From a virus, in the IMG/VR virus record IMGVR_UViG_3300025109_000004, positions 5,056 to 69,055 of that record: a DNA stretch of 64,000 bases; one strand, written 5' to 3'. Shown in pieces: positions 18,719 to 28,606 of the stretch (position 1 is its first letter; every line of letters starts with the position of its first letter). The notes beneath the pieces are model-generated. The model had not been told where the DNA came from and did no database searches. It worked only from the letters and a program-made list of their open reading frames with translations. The position numbers and the translations under genes are program-made.

Positions 18719-18910
18719 CTATATCACAGCATTTTTTGGCACATCATTATCAATATCCATCGGGGTGAAGGTCAAGAAAGCCTTGTCAAGTTTATCTCTT
18801 AACTGCTGGGTGGTCAGACCAGAACCAATAAGTGTTGGGATGTCACCAAACTGCCTTCTATATATTCTGAGAAGTTGATCCAAACTTTCATCATAAATTA
18901 TTTCACCCAT
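18719..18910 (-). CDS. Small MuF-associated protein (candidate immunity/partner)
   Basis: 63 aa, second gene downstream of MuF; GGAGGGCAA RBS. Confidence 0.5.
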   Translation of the reverse strand: MGEIIYDESLDQLLRIYRRQFGDIPTLIGSGLTTQQLRDKLDKAFLTFTPMDIDNDVPKNAVI

Positions 18911-18925
18911 TGCTTTTGCCCTCCA

Positions 18926-19132
18926 TTAACTAATAAAAGAAAATTGTAATCCATGATCCCCCTTAATAGGAAACGTATGAACAATACTTCCAGATAAAAT
19001 ATCTTGAGGTATCCCTTCAGGAAAAGCCTTACACTTATTCCAATTTTTTTTACTCAAACGTCTACAATGATCACAGGCTAATTCTGCCATACCACCATTC
19101 ACAAAAATAGCTCGTCTATTTTTAACTGTCAT
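18926..19132 (-). CDS. Small Cys/His MuF-associated protein
   Basis: CDHC...CKAFPEGIP.DIL.G...H..P..GDHGLQF; overlaps the MuF stop. Confidence 0.65.
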   Translation of the reverse strand: MTVKNRRAIFVNGGMAELACDHCRRLSKKNWNKCKAFPEGIPQDILSGSIVHTFPIKGDHGLQFSFIS

Positions 19133-22100
19133 TTAGATGCCCTCAACACTTTTATTTTTCTAAATTTTGTTCCAGTAGAAACAAGTCCCGACTCTGGTCC
19201 TAATGTAGAAAGTCCCCCATAAAACCACATCACATCATCAATAGGTATTGTTGCTTCAACAAGTATATGACTATCCCCCACAGCATACCTACCTGCATGG
19301 TTTACATCAGTCGACCAATAAGTCCCATTCATTTCTTTTATTTGTTTAGTTTTCTTCATTGTAGCTATATCATCAGCTTTCATAGAATTCATTCCACGAA
19401 ATACTTTAAATTCTTTTACCCCCTGTTTCTTTAACCATTCCCTTTGAACACTTGCTGCTATATGAGATAATTCTAAAACTTCATCTGTTACTTTTCTTGA
19501 AGCATTAATCATAGTAAGTAATTGATCTGCTGATCCATTTGACATCATTCCTACAACGCCCATATCGCTTGAATAAGTAAATTTACCTGTCTTTGCATAA
19601 CTCATAGCCGTTGACATAATGGGACTTTGTCCTATAGTTTCCAATCCTTGACCACTGGCACTACTCCAACTTTTAAAAGATTTAATAGCTTCCTCAGAAA
19701 ATTCTTTATATAACATTTTCTTTTCTGCCATTACTGCAACATCCTCTGCTGCTTCCGTTAATAATTTTGCCCTACCTGTCACAGTTTCTGGAAATTCTAT
19801 ATTGCCAGCATTTCCTAAATTAAAAATCTCATCAGCGTTTTTCTTCCCCCAATTTTCTGCAACAGAAACATTGCTTGTAAGTTGAGATATATCTGAAGTG
19901 GGAAGTACTGTTGAAGGAGTTGGTTTCGGAGCAGTGACCCCTGTTTGACCACCTCGGATCGGTTTATTTACCATCACTCTTGCTTCTTTTATTTTATCCT
20001 CAAACCCCTTCACCAATTTTGGGAATCGTTTTTTAAGTATATTGTATTCAGCCCGATTATTTATTGTTAAACTCATAAGTTGAGTAAAAATTTCTGGTTC
20101 TTGATAAGGAGTAGTAGCCCAATATTCAATACTATGCCCAGAAGACTGACCACCTTTTGATAAAGCTGAAATAATATCTTTTGCAGAACGATCATTTATC
20201 CCAAGATTCCTTTGCAAATCTCTGATAGCTACCCTGCCCTCATATTCGGTATTGACAATAAATTTCTTAATTCCTTTTCTCGTAGTATCATCAAACTTAT
20301 CTCCAAAAACTTTTATATATTCCCCAATAACCCTTATCGCATCAGGATCATAGAAAGCATTTTGTCCGGACATCTTCACAAGAGTATCTCTCAATTTTGT
20401 ATCCGACATTTTATTTAATTGTTTTAATCTATTTTGACTATATATCTTCCACTTTTTTAAATCCTTTTTAGTCTCTTTAACTATCTCCTTGCTTAATTTC
20501 CTTATCTCTTTTCCAAAATCTCCTGTTTTAGAAAACCATGCTGATCGGGAGGTACCAAAAAAATTATTTGGTTTTTTAGAAAACATATTATCAAGAAAAT
20601 GTCCATACTCATGTGTTGAAGTTCTGTCTGCAGTTACGCGAGACATATGAGTAACTTTTTCCTGTGGGTGATAATAAGAATTTTTGCTATCAGGCAAATC
20701 TCTCTTAACCCCTTTCGGAATCGGTCCTCTGGCAACAATCTGCTGCAATTCATTATCGGCTTGTTTATATTGTTCTATTAATATTCTTCTTTCTGCAGCA
20801 CTTATGCCTTTTGCCTTCTTGAGCCTTGTTTCAAAAATCTTCATCGGCTCTTTATAATCAGCTGTAGGATCTATCGGAACAGATCCAGAGGGAACTATAT
20901 CATCCAACAATGCTGTATCAACCATCGGAACCAAAGTACACCTACACGATGGATGAATCGGAGGACCATTTACATTACCATAGTCCATCGATAGTTTACC
21001 TCCTCGATCACCAGTAACGGTACTGCCCTCTTTTGCAAAAGGGTTATCAAGAGGAAAAACCTTACCATCCATCTTACGACAGAATTGACAATTGTGAACA
21101 ACAATCTTGTTTGCCGTATAACTATGATCCTCCTCAACCTCAAGATTATATACCGGCTGAGTCCTTCTCACCTTCCATTTCTTTACTGACTTGACTTCTA
21201 TATCAATAAAGCAACTCTGTTGTTCAATAGCTTCCTCTAATCTAATTGCGCACGATGAAAAATTATTTATAATATCATTCTGTTTAAAATGTAATATCTG
21301 TCCTGTAAAAACCTGACTTAATTCTCTATCTCTTTTTCTAGTACTAATATCTGTATGGAAATAATCACCATCAGCCTCAATTATGATATTGTAATCAGGA
21401 AGAAAAAAGTCAACCCAAAATCTCCTCTTACCATTATTATAATATTTTTGAGGTTCAAAATTTATGCTTTCCTTTTCCAAAAACCACCTGACCTTTTTCT
21501 CAAGATAAGAATTGCCTAAATGATTTTTTCCTCTATTAATAAAAGCAATTTTTAAAGCAGCATCATGTCTTTCTTTATTTTTCCATCCCCAATCAGGTTG
21601 CTTTGCAAGTTCCCTATTCTGCTTCACTTTCATCTTCCATGAAGGGGAACCTTTTTTATAAACTTCTTTGTTCGTCTTTGAAATCTTATCTTTGAAATCT
21701 TGCTGAAATTTTTCATCTTCCCATTTTATATCAAAAGCCTTTCTCATCTTTTTTGTTTTCTTATATTTTCGATTATCCTCAGCAAGTTTTTCTTTCTGTT
21801 TTGGATCAGACCATCTAACTTTATTTGAATTCTGAGCATTACAAGAATAAGAACAATATTTTTTATCAATAGGAATTAAAGTATTACACTCTCTGCAAGG
21901 ATGAGCTATATAAACTATCTTATCTCCCTGCTTAATTTTATCTGCTCTCTTCCATTCTCCATTAACAAGTATGGGATGATTTGCTGTACAAGTTAATCCT
22001 TTACCTCTACGAGAATTCCCCAAATTAATTCTCACAAACTTCCCAACAAAATTACTTCTCTTTAAACCTATTACTTTTCTATAACGATCTTTATGAGTAA

Positions 22101-22941
22101 GTACTTTGTCCCCAACTTCAATATCCTGAATAGGAACAGAACTATTCTTTGTCTGTACTCTTGTACCAGCAGGAAAACAAACCCTTTCGTCAAGTGCGGT
22201 GACCCATTCTTTACCTGTTACAACCCCGCTCTGTTTGTATGCCTCTATGGCTCCCTCATTTGCTGCCCGTGTAGTTTCAGTTCTCGCAATCTGCCGAGCC
22301 TTAACATCTGACATATTTTCAAACTGGTCCTTCACCCGATTTCTTAACTGAGTAATACTCTCTCCATTCTCTACCCCTACCGCAAGAGCATTCCTAATTC
22401 TTTCCTCAGCTGAGTTCATTACGCTATTGGCAAGCTTGATACTGTTCTCTGCAACGAACTGGGTCATCAATGGGTTATCTATAGCGAAAGAACCAATAAA
22501 CTCTGCCTGCTCACCTCCAACTATGGTCTGAAGTTGAGCCATAGTCCGAGCACCGTTCTCAGCAGTGACTTCCTTCATGAACTCTTGACCTTCCTCTCTT
22601 AATCTTTTCGTCCACTCCCTGTTGCTGAACATCCAATTATCAAACTGATCTTTTGTTACCATTACCTCATACGAAGTGCCTTTAGCATCTCCGTATACAA
22701 ATCTCTTTTTCATCCTCCCCAACATCTGCTTACCCATATCAAGAAACATCTTCGATAATACTTTCCGAAACTTTTCAGCATTTCCGATATTAGCTTTAAA
22801 GAAATCCATCCACCATCTGATCTGCTCCCTACGAGATAGCTTCTCATTCTCTTTCAGAAGAATATCAAGGCACAGATCCATAGCCAGAAGTCCCGCTAGA
22901 TCGTATTGAATGGTATTCAGCTGTTGTGTTTGAAGATTCAT
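19129..22941 (-). CDS. MuF (SPP1 gp7-like) minor head protein with intein and C-terminal HExxH peptidase and ART-like domains
   Basis: ARQIARTETTRA, KEWVTALDERV|C..C, PPIHPSCRC; THEYGH; FRG...YWST. Confidence 0.88.
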   Translation of the reverse strand: MNLQTQQLNTIQYDLAGLLAMDLCLDILLKENEKLSRREQIRWWMDFFKANIGNAEKFRKVLSKMFLDMGKQMLGRMKKRFVYGDAKGTSYEVMVTKDQFDNWMFSNREWTKRLREEGQEFMKEVTAENGARTMAQLQTIVGGEQAEFIGSFAIDNPLMTQFVAENSIKLANSVMNSAEERIRNALAVGVENGESITQLRNRVKDQFENMSDVKARQIARTETTRAANEGAIEAYKQSGVVTGKEWVTALDERVCFPAGTRVQTKNSSVPIQDIEVGDKVLTHKDRYRKVIGLKRSNFVGKFVRINLGNSRRGKGLTCTANHPILVNGEWKRADKIKQGDKIVYIAHPCRECNTLIPIDKKYCSYSCNAQNSNKVRWSDPKQKEKLAEDNRKYKKTKKMRKAFDIKWEDEKFQQDFKDKISKTNKEVYKKGSPSWKMKVKQNRELAKQPDWGWKNKERHDAALKIAFINRGKNHLGNSYLEKKVRWFLEKESINFEPQKYYNNGKRRFWVDFFLPDYNIIIEADGDYFHTDISTRKRDRELSQVFTGQILHFKQNDIINNFSSCAIRLEEAIEQQSCFIDIEVKSVKKWKVRRTQPVYNLEVEEDHSYTANKIVVHNCQFCRKMDGKVFPLDNPFAKEGSTVTGDRGGKLSMDYGNVNGPPIHPSCRCTLVPMVDTALLDDIVPSGSVPIDPTADYKEPMKIFETRLKKAKGISAAERRILIEQYKQADNELQQIVARGPIPKGVKRDLPDSKNSYYHPQEKVTHMSRVTADRTSTHEYGHFLDNMFSKKPNNFFGTSRSAWFSKTGDFGKEIRKLSKEIVKETKKDLKKWKIYSQNRLKQLNKMSDTKLRDTLVKMSGQNAFYDPDAIRVIGEYIKVFGDKFDDTTRKGIKKFIVNTEYEGRVAIRDLQRNLGINDRSAKDIISALSKGGQSSGHSIEYWATTPYQEPEIFTQLMSLTINNRAEYNILKKRFPKLVKGFEDKIKEARVMVNKPIRGGQTGVTAPKPTPSTVLPTSDISQLTSNVSVAENWGKKNADEIFNLGNAGNIEFPETVTGRAKLLTEAAEDVAVMAEKKMLYKEFSEEAIKSFKSWSSASGQGLETIGQSPIMSTAMSYAKTGKFTYSSDMGVVGMMSNGSADQLLTMINASRKVTDEVLELSHIAASVQREWLKKQGVKEFKVFRGMNSMKADDIATMKKTKQIKEMNGTYWSTDVNHAGRYAVGDSHILVEATIPIDDVMWFYGGLSTLGPESGLVSTGTKFRKIKVLRASK
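21091..22179 (-). mobile_element. Intein (363 aa) with Vsr/DUF559-like endonuclease
   Basis: Block A CFPAGTRV, block B TCTANHPIL, block F/G VYNLEVEEDHSYTANKIVVHN|C; internal VDF...IIIEADGDYFH. Confidence 0.93.
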
Positions 22942-23196
22942 TTACTCTTTAATATCCTCATAGTATTCTTCGATAATCCCTCTCAACTTCAAAGCATTTA
23001 TTAATTTAAGATTTTCTTTCTGTTGTTTTTTCACTTGCCTTTTTAACTCATGAATATCTTCAAATATCGCAAGTATAGAAGTTTCCCATACCAAATCTAA
23101 AGCTCTTCCATACTCAGTCATATACTTATGAACTTTTTCTCTTTCAAATACTTCATCTTCTTTCTGAACTTCTTTATAAAATTTTTCTATTGCCAT
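22942..23196 (-). CDS. Hypothetical coiled-coil protein
   Basis: 84 aa, strong RBS, abuts the MuF start. Confidence 0.6.
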   Translation of the reverse strand: MAIEKFYKEVQKEDEVFEREKVHKYMTEYGRALDLVWETSILAIFEDIHELKRQVKKQQKENLKLINALKLRGIIEEYYEDIKE

Positions 23197-23415
23197 AGGT
23201 TTGCCCTCCTATTGGTTTACTCTGGAATAAACAACTCATCCCTTATCATATAGCAGTCACACTTATCATGACATGGTGTGACTATCTCATCAAAGTTAGC
23301 ATTGTCAAGAGTCTTACAACCACAGTTTTTTAATTCACATTTATTACCAACCCTGAAGATGAATGGTCCATCCATCGATTTCTCTTTTTGTATCTCCTCA
23401 ACATTCTTGTCCAAA

Positions 23416-23682
23416 TCAATATGCCTTCGTTAAAGGATTCCGAATCGTGCCGACAGCCAGAGAGGAGGCATTCCCGATGACCATTACCTGTCGTGTAGTG
23501 ACAACTTCCTTCACAGCCTTTGCAATAGCCTTGCGATCCAATATAGTTAACTTGATCGGAACCATCACTGTCACAATATCTTTATCAATGACTTTTGTTT
23601 TCTTGGCGACTTTGACCACTCCACAAATTATTTTATCGATGTCACTGACTTTAGGTTTTGCTTTCGTTTCATCTTTTGCCAT
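23416..23682 (-). CDS. Hypothetical protein
   Basis: AAAGGAGG RBS; 88 aa. Confidence 0.6.
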   Translation of the reverse strand: MAKDETKAKPKVSDIDKIICGVVKVAKKTKVIDKDIVTVMVPIKLTILDRKAIAKAVKEVVTTRQVMVIGNASSLAVGTIRNPLTKAY

Positions 23683-23895
23683 AATTTTTTGTCCTCCTTT
23701 TTAATTTATGTTTAACAATTATATACCTTGCCGTAAATCAAGATACACATCATTCGATAGCAATCCATACAATGTATTCTGCCGTTAACCAATCCATAGT
23801 CCTCATCACCAAACATTTCCCTACCACACTCAGTACAGACATATTTCTGAGTTCTATATTTTTTATCTATATTTGTTTGAACAGTTTCCATATTA

Positions 23896-25311
23896 TTAAT
23901 ACCCTGCTGATTTCTTTCCCTGTATCTCCTGAATCTTTTGGTAAATACGTTGGGCAATCGCGGCAGTAACATTTTCATCCTGTTCGGGAGGAGCAGTACC
24001 GACCGGCAACCATAAACCCTGTCCAAGTGGCAAGTCACCCCATGAAACATCGTCCAGTCCATCCTTTTTTCTCTCCTGATTAATACTGGAGTAGAAATAT
24101 TTCAATCGGGATTCTCTCTGCTTTATCTTCAGTTCTGTATCTTCAGGCAACAGATCATCGTAGGCAACAAACAGATTTTCATCATATCGAGGTATCACCT
24201 GCTCATTCAGTTTCTCCTCGATCCTTGTCAACCTCGGCTCAATGGTATCCTTAATCCATTGTCTCTCACCAGCCTCTGCATTCGCCTTGTTAACATTCTC
24301 GGTAACTATCTTGCTCATTGGTACACCGAAGGCAGCAGCAATCATCTCCCTGTTGTACTTCTTCCCCTTTTCAAATGCCAACTCCTTGGGACTGAAAGCT
24401 ATCTTCTCATACTTTAATCCGGATGAGAGGACAACGGTTTTGCCCTGACGACCAAACCCACTATACCGAGCCTTCCATAATTTCCTGATCCTTTCAAACT
24501 CCTCCTCATCAAGTTCCTGTTCGGTACTCAGTACACCTTCCGGCGCGGCATTGTTCTTCAACAAGGCTTCCTCAAATGCCTGCCCCTGCTGATCAATAAC
24601 AAATGTTTTCCTGACCGCAACCAGAGGACTATAGCCATAAAACATACTCGTTGGAGATCCAAATTTAAAGTGAACGATCTCGTGGATATCAAACGGAATC
24701 TTGATCGTCCCCATATCATAGACATACCCACCAACAAATGTTTTATCATCTGTAACAATCTTCATGTTCTGACTTGGCAGTACCCATATCTGTCTAGGAA
24801 TCTTCAAAGTTGGATCATCAGCGATGTACCAAAAAGCATCCCCTGTTAGCTCAAGATAAATTTGGGTCAGTTCCCACAAGTCAAACCGATTAATAAAAGC
24901 ATTCACATTCTGCATGAGTAAAAGGAACGGGTGATCAACCACTTCCTCAACCTCTACTGCTTTTGAAAGCCACGGTTGTAGATGAGCAAATGATTCCAGG
25001 CGATCTCTTTTCTCCTTCGTCACTGCTCTCGTAGGAACCTGAAGTTTACGTCCCGGTACTTTCTTGGCAACAAATAATCTCAATGGGGCATTGGCAACTG
25101 CCGAAGAATTTCTACTCACACAAACATAGACCCAATCCACATATGCCTGCACTTGAAGCTTGGGGTTATCTGGCTGGGGTATGTCCTTACCCCTCTGCAT
25201 TGGGTTAATGATAAATGGTATCTTGGTCTTACTGATATTCATATCCGCCAGTATATCCTCACGGGCAGACTTCTTCTCTACATTCTCAAATTGTGATTCC
25301 ATTAAGTTCAT
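23896..25311 (-). CDS. Portal protein, HK97 family
   Basis: WVYVCV, LELTGDAFW, EIVHFK, YGYSPL, NNAAP.GVL, IAAAFGVP, NKANAE. Confidence 0.95.
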   Translation of the reverse strand: MNLMESQFENVEKKSAREDILADMNISKTKIPFIINPMQRGKDIPQPDNPKLQVQAYVDWVYVCVSRNSSAVANAPLRLFVAKKVPGRKLQVPTRAVTKEKRDRLESFAHLQPWLSKAVEVEEVVDHPFLLLMQNVNAFINRFDLWELTQIYLELTGDAFWYIADDPTLKIPRQIWVLPSQNMKIVTDDKTFVGGYVYDMGTIKIPFDIHEIVHFKFGSPTSMFYGYSPLVAVRKTFVIDQQGQAFEEALLKNNAAPEGVLSTEQELDEEEFERIRKLWKARYSGFGRQGKTVVLSSGLKYEKIAFSPKELAFEKGKKYNREMIAAAFGVPMSKIVTENVNKANAEAGERQWIKDTIEPRLTRIEEKLNEQVIPRYDENLFVAYDDLLPEDTELKIKQRESRLKYFYSSINQERKKDGLDDVSWGDLPLGQGLWLPVGTAPPEQDENVTAAIAQRIYQKIQEIQGKKSAGY

Positions 25312-25499
25312 TTATATCCCAGCTCCTAAAATATCCCACATATCTATATTCAATGGTTCTCTTTTTATAACACTCTTTATTGATACCACTCTTACAAACT
25401 TACTATCTCTATATAATTCAACCTGCCCACACCTTCTATTACCAGTAATATATTCTTTATTACGCCATAAAACTTTAACACCAGCATTAATAGTTAGAT

Positions 25500-25748
25500 T
25501 CATCTGCTTTGCTCCACAGAGTTAATCATTTCTCCAGTCGATGTAGTAAGATTCCATTTTTGTTTTGATGGTAGATCCTTTTTTATAAAAGCATCAGGCT
25601 CCTTGCAATCTTCAGGTATATACTCTTGGGTCATATCGTGCCACGTCAGATTCAGTTCATACTTGCTACAATACTGCCTCTCCTTGGAACAGTTAGGACA
25701 GTCATAGCAACGGGAGATAGTAAACATAACTTTCTTTTTAGTTGTCAT
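25500..25748 (-). CDS. Hypothetical Cys-rich protein
   Basis: CYDCPNC..YC..IPEDC. Confidence 0.55.
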   Translation of the reverse strand: MTTKKKVMFTISRCYDCPNCSKERQYCSKYELNLTWHDMTQEYIPEDCKEPDAFIKKDLPSKQKWNLTTSTGEMINSVEQSR

Positions 25749-25976
25749 ATAGACACCCCCACTTTTTGTTTCAGATAATGAATATCTCTGAGTATGTTTG
25801 TCACATGTTCTTTCTGTAAAGAGTCTCCCACATACTCATCGGCTTTCTCTTCATCAAATTTTTCTACCGGCTTTTTCATTACTTCCTTATAACCAAAAAA
25901 TGAAGTCACTCCCAACAACGGTATTTTCTTTATAAAATCTCTTCGTTTCATATTTTTGCCCTCCCTAGTTTATTAC

Positions 25977-26201
25977 TTATTCCCAAATCGGAAAATCCTT
26001 CTCCTCACAAAGTGCTAGTAACTTAGCCCTACATTTTTCAATTGCCAAATACTCTTCACTTGTTAAATCTTTATTGTGGTCAAGTTCGATATTAATCCAA
26101 TTATCAAAATCCTGCAATGCTGATAAATATTTACTCCCATTCTTGGCGCAGTTATATTCATACTCCTCATCCGGTAAACTAAATATGGTAAACTCGATCA
26201 C
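25977..26201 (-). CDS. Hypothetical protein
   Basis: 74 aa, coupled to upstream gene; carries a 50-nt segment that is copied elsewhere. Confidence 0.6.
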   Translation of the reverse strand: MIEFTIFSLPDEEYEYNCAKNGSKYLSALQDFDNWINIELDHNKDLTSEEYLAIEKCRAKLLALCEEKDFPIWE

Positions 26202-26482
26202 TTGATTGATCCCCCCGTCGCCTCACTCAATCCTATATTCAATAGTATAAGATACCCTATCAGATCATCCACGGTGTTCTCATCATCTCCACTAAACCCA
26301 GAATTTTTTATTCTACTTAACTTGTCATCAATCCTATCACTTAACTGCTGTACCGGATCTGCTTTTGAAAATATCCTCAAGGGCTCAAGGGCTGAATTGC
26401 CATACTTAATATTCTTCTCCAGCAGGAGTTTCTTAATCCTATCACACTCTTCAGCTATCTGTCTTTGTGAACGCTTGCTCAT
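26198..26482 (-). CDS. Nucleotide-modification-associated domain 1 (Nmad1/DUF1599-like)
   Basis: LLEKNIKYGNSALEP.RIFSK...RIDDKLSRI...DLIGYLIL. Confidence 0.75.
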   Translation of the reverse strand: MSKRSQRQIAEECDRIKKLLLEKNIKYGNSALEPLRIFSKADPVQQLSDRIDDKLSRIKNSGFSGDDENTVDDLIGYLILLNIGLSEATGGSIK

Positions 26483-26855
26483 ATAAACTATTTTCCCAAT
26501 TTCTTAATTCTGAATTATCTCTCCTCCATCCAACAGTCCCAGTGGAAATAACCGTTACATGCTGTTCTTCCGATCTATATGCCCTTTGTTTCTCATCATC
26601 TTTTTCTTCCCTATCAACTTTCATTCCAAATGTATGTTCAACAGCATGATTGATTTCATGATAGAGAGTATCAAGCATCATCCACTTACCCATATCATGC
26701 ACAACCCATAGTATTTTTAAATCAAACTCACATTGGCCAGATGACATATGGGTTAAATAATATTTAAAATCCACCCACCTGATCTCATAATCAAAAGGTC
26801 CAATCTTAACAAACCCAACAGGACAACCATAAGTATCAATCTCCTTTTTAATCAT
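26451..26855 (-). CDS. Small HExxH zinc-peptidase-like protein
   Basis: VKIGPFDYEI...G.C...DTLYHEINHA...EEQHV. Confidence 0.7.
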   Translation of the reverse strand: MIKKEIDTYGCPVGFVKIGPFDYEIRWVDFKYYLTHMSSGQCEFDLKILWVVHDMGKWMMLDTLYHEINHAVEHTFGMKVDREEKDDEKQRAYRSEEQHVTVISTGTVGWRRDNSELRNWENSLYEQAFTKTDS

Positions 26856-27751
26856 AGTATGATCTTCTCAGCTGAAACGGGTTTACCTCTCCTTACCGCC
26901 ATACAGACACAACCAAGTTCGGTTGGATCGTACCCCGCCTCCTCGCTATAGCTATCCCCCTCTATCTCCAGATCATACATCTTCACAAAACTTCCTCCCG
27001 AAATATACCAACAATGGTCAGGGTGTATATAGCTCCTACCAGTTAAGTCATGGGGCTGTGAATAGTGCTGAGTAATTTCTTTTCCATTGTCTGATAAGTA
27101 TAATGCATGGGTCGGCTCATGAATCAAAATCTTGTGGCAATGTCCTTGAGCCTTGATAATACAGTCACCATGTTTTTCCTTTAACAACCTTTTCAGGATC
27201 AGCTCCATATTTGTTTTTCTTCTTGCGGGGTCATCGGCTGTTGAACTTATCGTCCTCTTCCCGTGAGTTGCAAAAACTTTAAACAGCTGCCTACCCGACT
27301 TGGTAACAAAAGTTACCTTTGCGCTCCAAGTACCATAGGGGATTTTCAACTCCCTACATACGTACTGGGTGGACTGGAAATAAGGCCACATATGTTTAGG
27401 ATGGTTACCGTTCAAGATACATATGTATTTCTCAGCCCCAATCTTTCTTGCTTCTCTGATGTACTCCTCAGCCTCGTACAGACACATCCCCGCCACCGGA
27501 CCAATATCATTATCCTTGAGTATCTTGGATAGATGTGCCGGTGAGAACCTCTTAATGTCCCTCATGGAAACAGACTCGGTTACATCCCCAACATCAATCC
27601 CAATATTATGGTCCACCCCACGGTGAGGGCTGTTCATTCTCTTTGCTAACTTCCCCCACCCTTTCTTATAAGCAAATGGGTTACCACAATGACGATCTCC
27701 AAAAATCCACAAGTTAAAATTCAGCGGTACTTCTCTTGTTATAAGTTTCAA
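26852..27751 (-). CDS. Calcineurin-like metallophosphoesterase
   Basis: GDRHCG, GDVTE, GNH, THG, GHCH motifs. Confidence 0.85.
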   Translation of the reverse strand: MKLITREVPLNFNLWIFGDRHCGNPFAYKKGWGKLAKRMNSPHRGVDHNIGIDVGDVTESVSMRDIKRFSPAHLSKILKDNDIGPVAGMCLYEAEEYIREARKIGAEKYICILNGNHPKHMWPYFQSTQYVCRELKIPYGTWSAKVTFVTKSGRQLFKVFATHGKRTISSTADDPARRKTNMELILKRLLKEKHGDCIIKAQGHCHKILIHEPTHALYLSDNGKEITQHYSQPHDLTGRSYIHPDHCWYISGGSFVKMYDLEIEGDSYSEEAGYDPTELGCVCMAVRRGKPVSAEKIIL

Positions 27752-27756
27752 AATGA

Positions 27757-28086
27757 TCAGACAGAATTTTTACCGCGGCAGTTGATACAAGTAATATACA
27801 TCTCTCCATTATCTTTAATATCGGCATCCTCATCGAGCAGTCTGGTACAGTTTGTACATCTGCCTTCTGTCCTCAGTTTCCTCCTAGATTCAAATATGTA
27901 TCTACATTTCTCTTCAGGTGTTTGGTGCTTATTGACTGACACCTGATGACTTGCCAAATGTTTTTCACAATGCAAATAAGGGTACAATGCAGGACGAGAG
28001 CACCAAACACATATCCCCTCTATTCTTTTTCTTTCCCTTTCCTTTTTCTTTATCTGGTTGTATCTGAGTTTCTGTTGTTCATTCAT
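27757..28086 (-). CDS. Zn-finger protein
   Basis: GICVWC...CEKH and GRCTNC...CINC. Confidence 0.6.
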   Translation of the reverse strand: MNEQQKLRYNQIKKKERERKRIEGICVWCSRPALYPYLHCEKHLASHQVSVNKHQTPEEKCRYIFESRRKLRTEGRCTNCTRLLDEDADIKDNGEMYITCINCRGKNSV

Positions 28087-28089
28087 TTC

Positions 28090-28347
28090 TTACTGATTAT
28101 TAAAACATTCTTTATGACACTCGTTGCATACTTCTTTGTACTTAAAAAGATTTGGATCGTAAAAAGATACTGGTCTAAGTTCATCACTCACAATATTCAT
28201 CTCCTTTAAACTTTTTTCTCCCTTACACATCTCGCACACAAACAAAAATCTATGCTGACCATTATCTCTCCCAAGACAAGTGGGAGGACAATCCTCACAT
28301 CCATAATTAATATCTTCAAGGTCGAAACATCTCCGGTCACAACTCAT
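28090..28347 (-). CDS. Cys-rich hypothetical protein
   Basis: Multiple CxxC; GGAGGGCAA RBS. Confidence 0.55.
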   Translation of the reverse strand: MSCDRRCFDLEDINYGCEDCPPTCLGRDNGQHRFLFVCEMCKGEKSLKEMNIVSDELRPVSFYDPNLFKYKEVCNECHKECFNNQ

Positions 28348-28606
28348 TATTGTTTGCCCTCCAATTTTTAAAATTTAATTACTCATAACCATGTTCCAAT
28401 TATTGAGTGGTATTAAATCTTTATTTCCTGTTGTCTCTATCCATTCATAAACTTCTTTGGTATCCGGATTAAAAAACTTAATGGGAAGTTTTGCCAATCT
28501 CTCCAATTTTTTATATGAAATTATTTTTGGATTGTCCATAGATCCAAAAACTATCTGCATCAAACACCATAATCTTTCCGGTACATTATACTTATTAGTC
28601 GGCATA

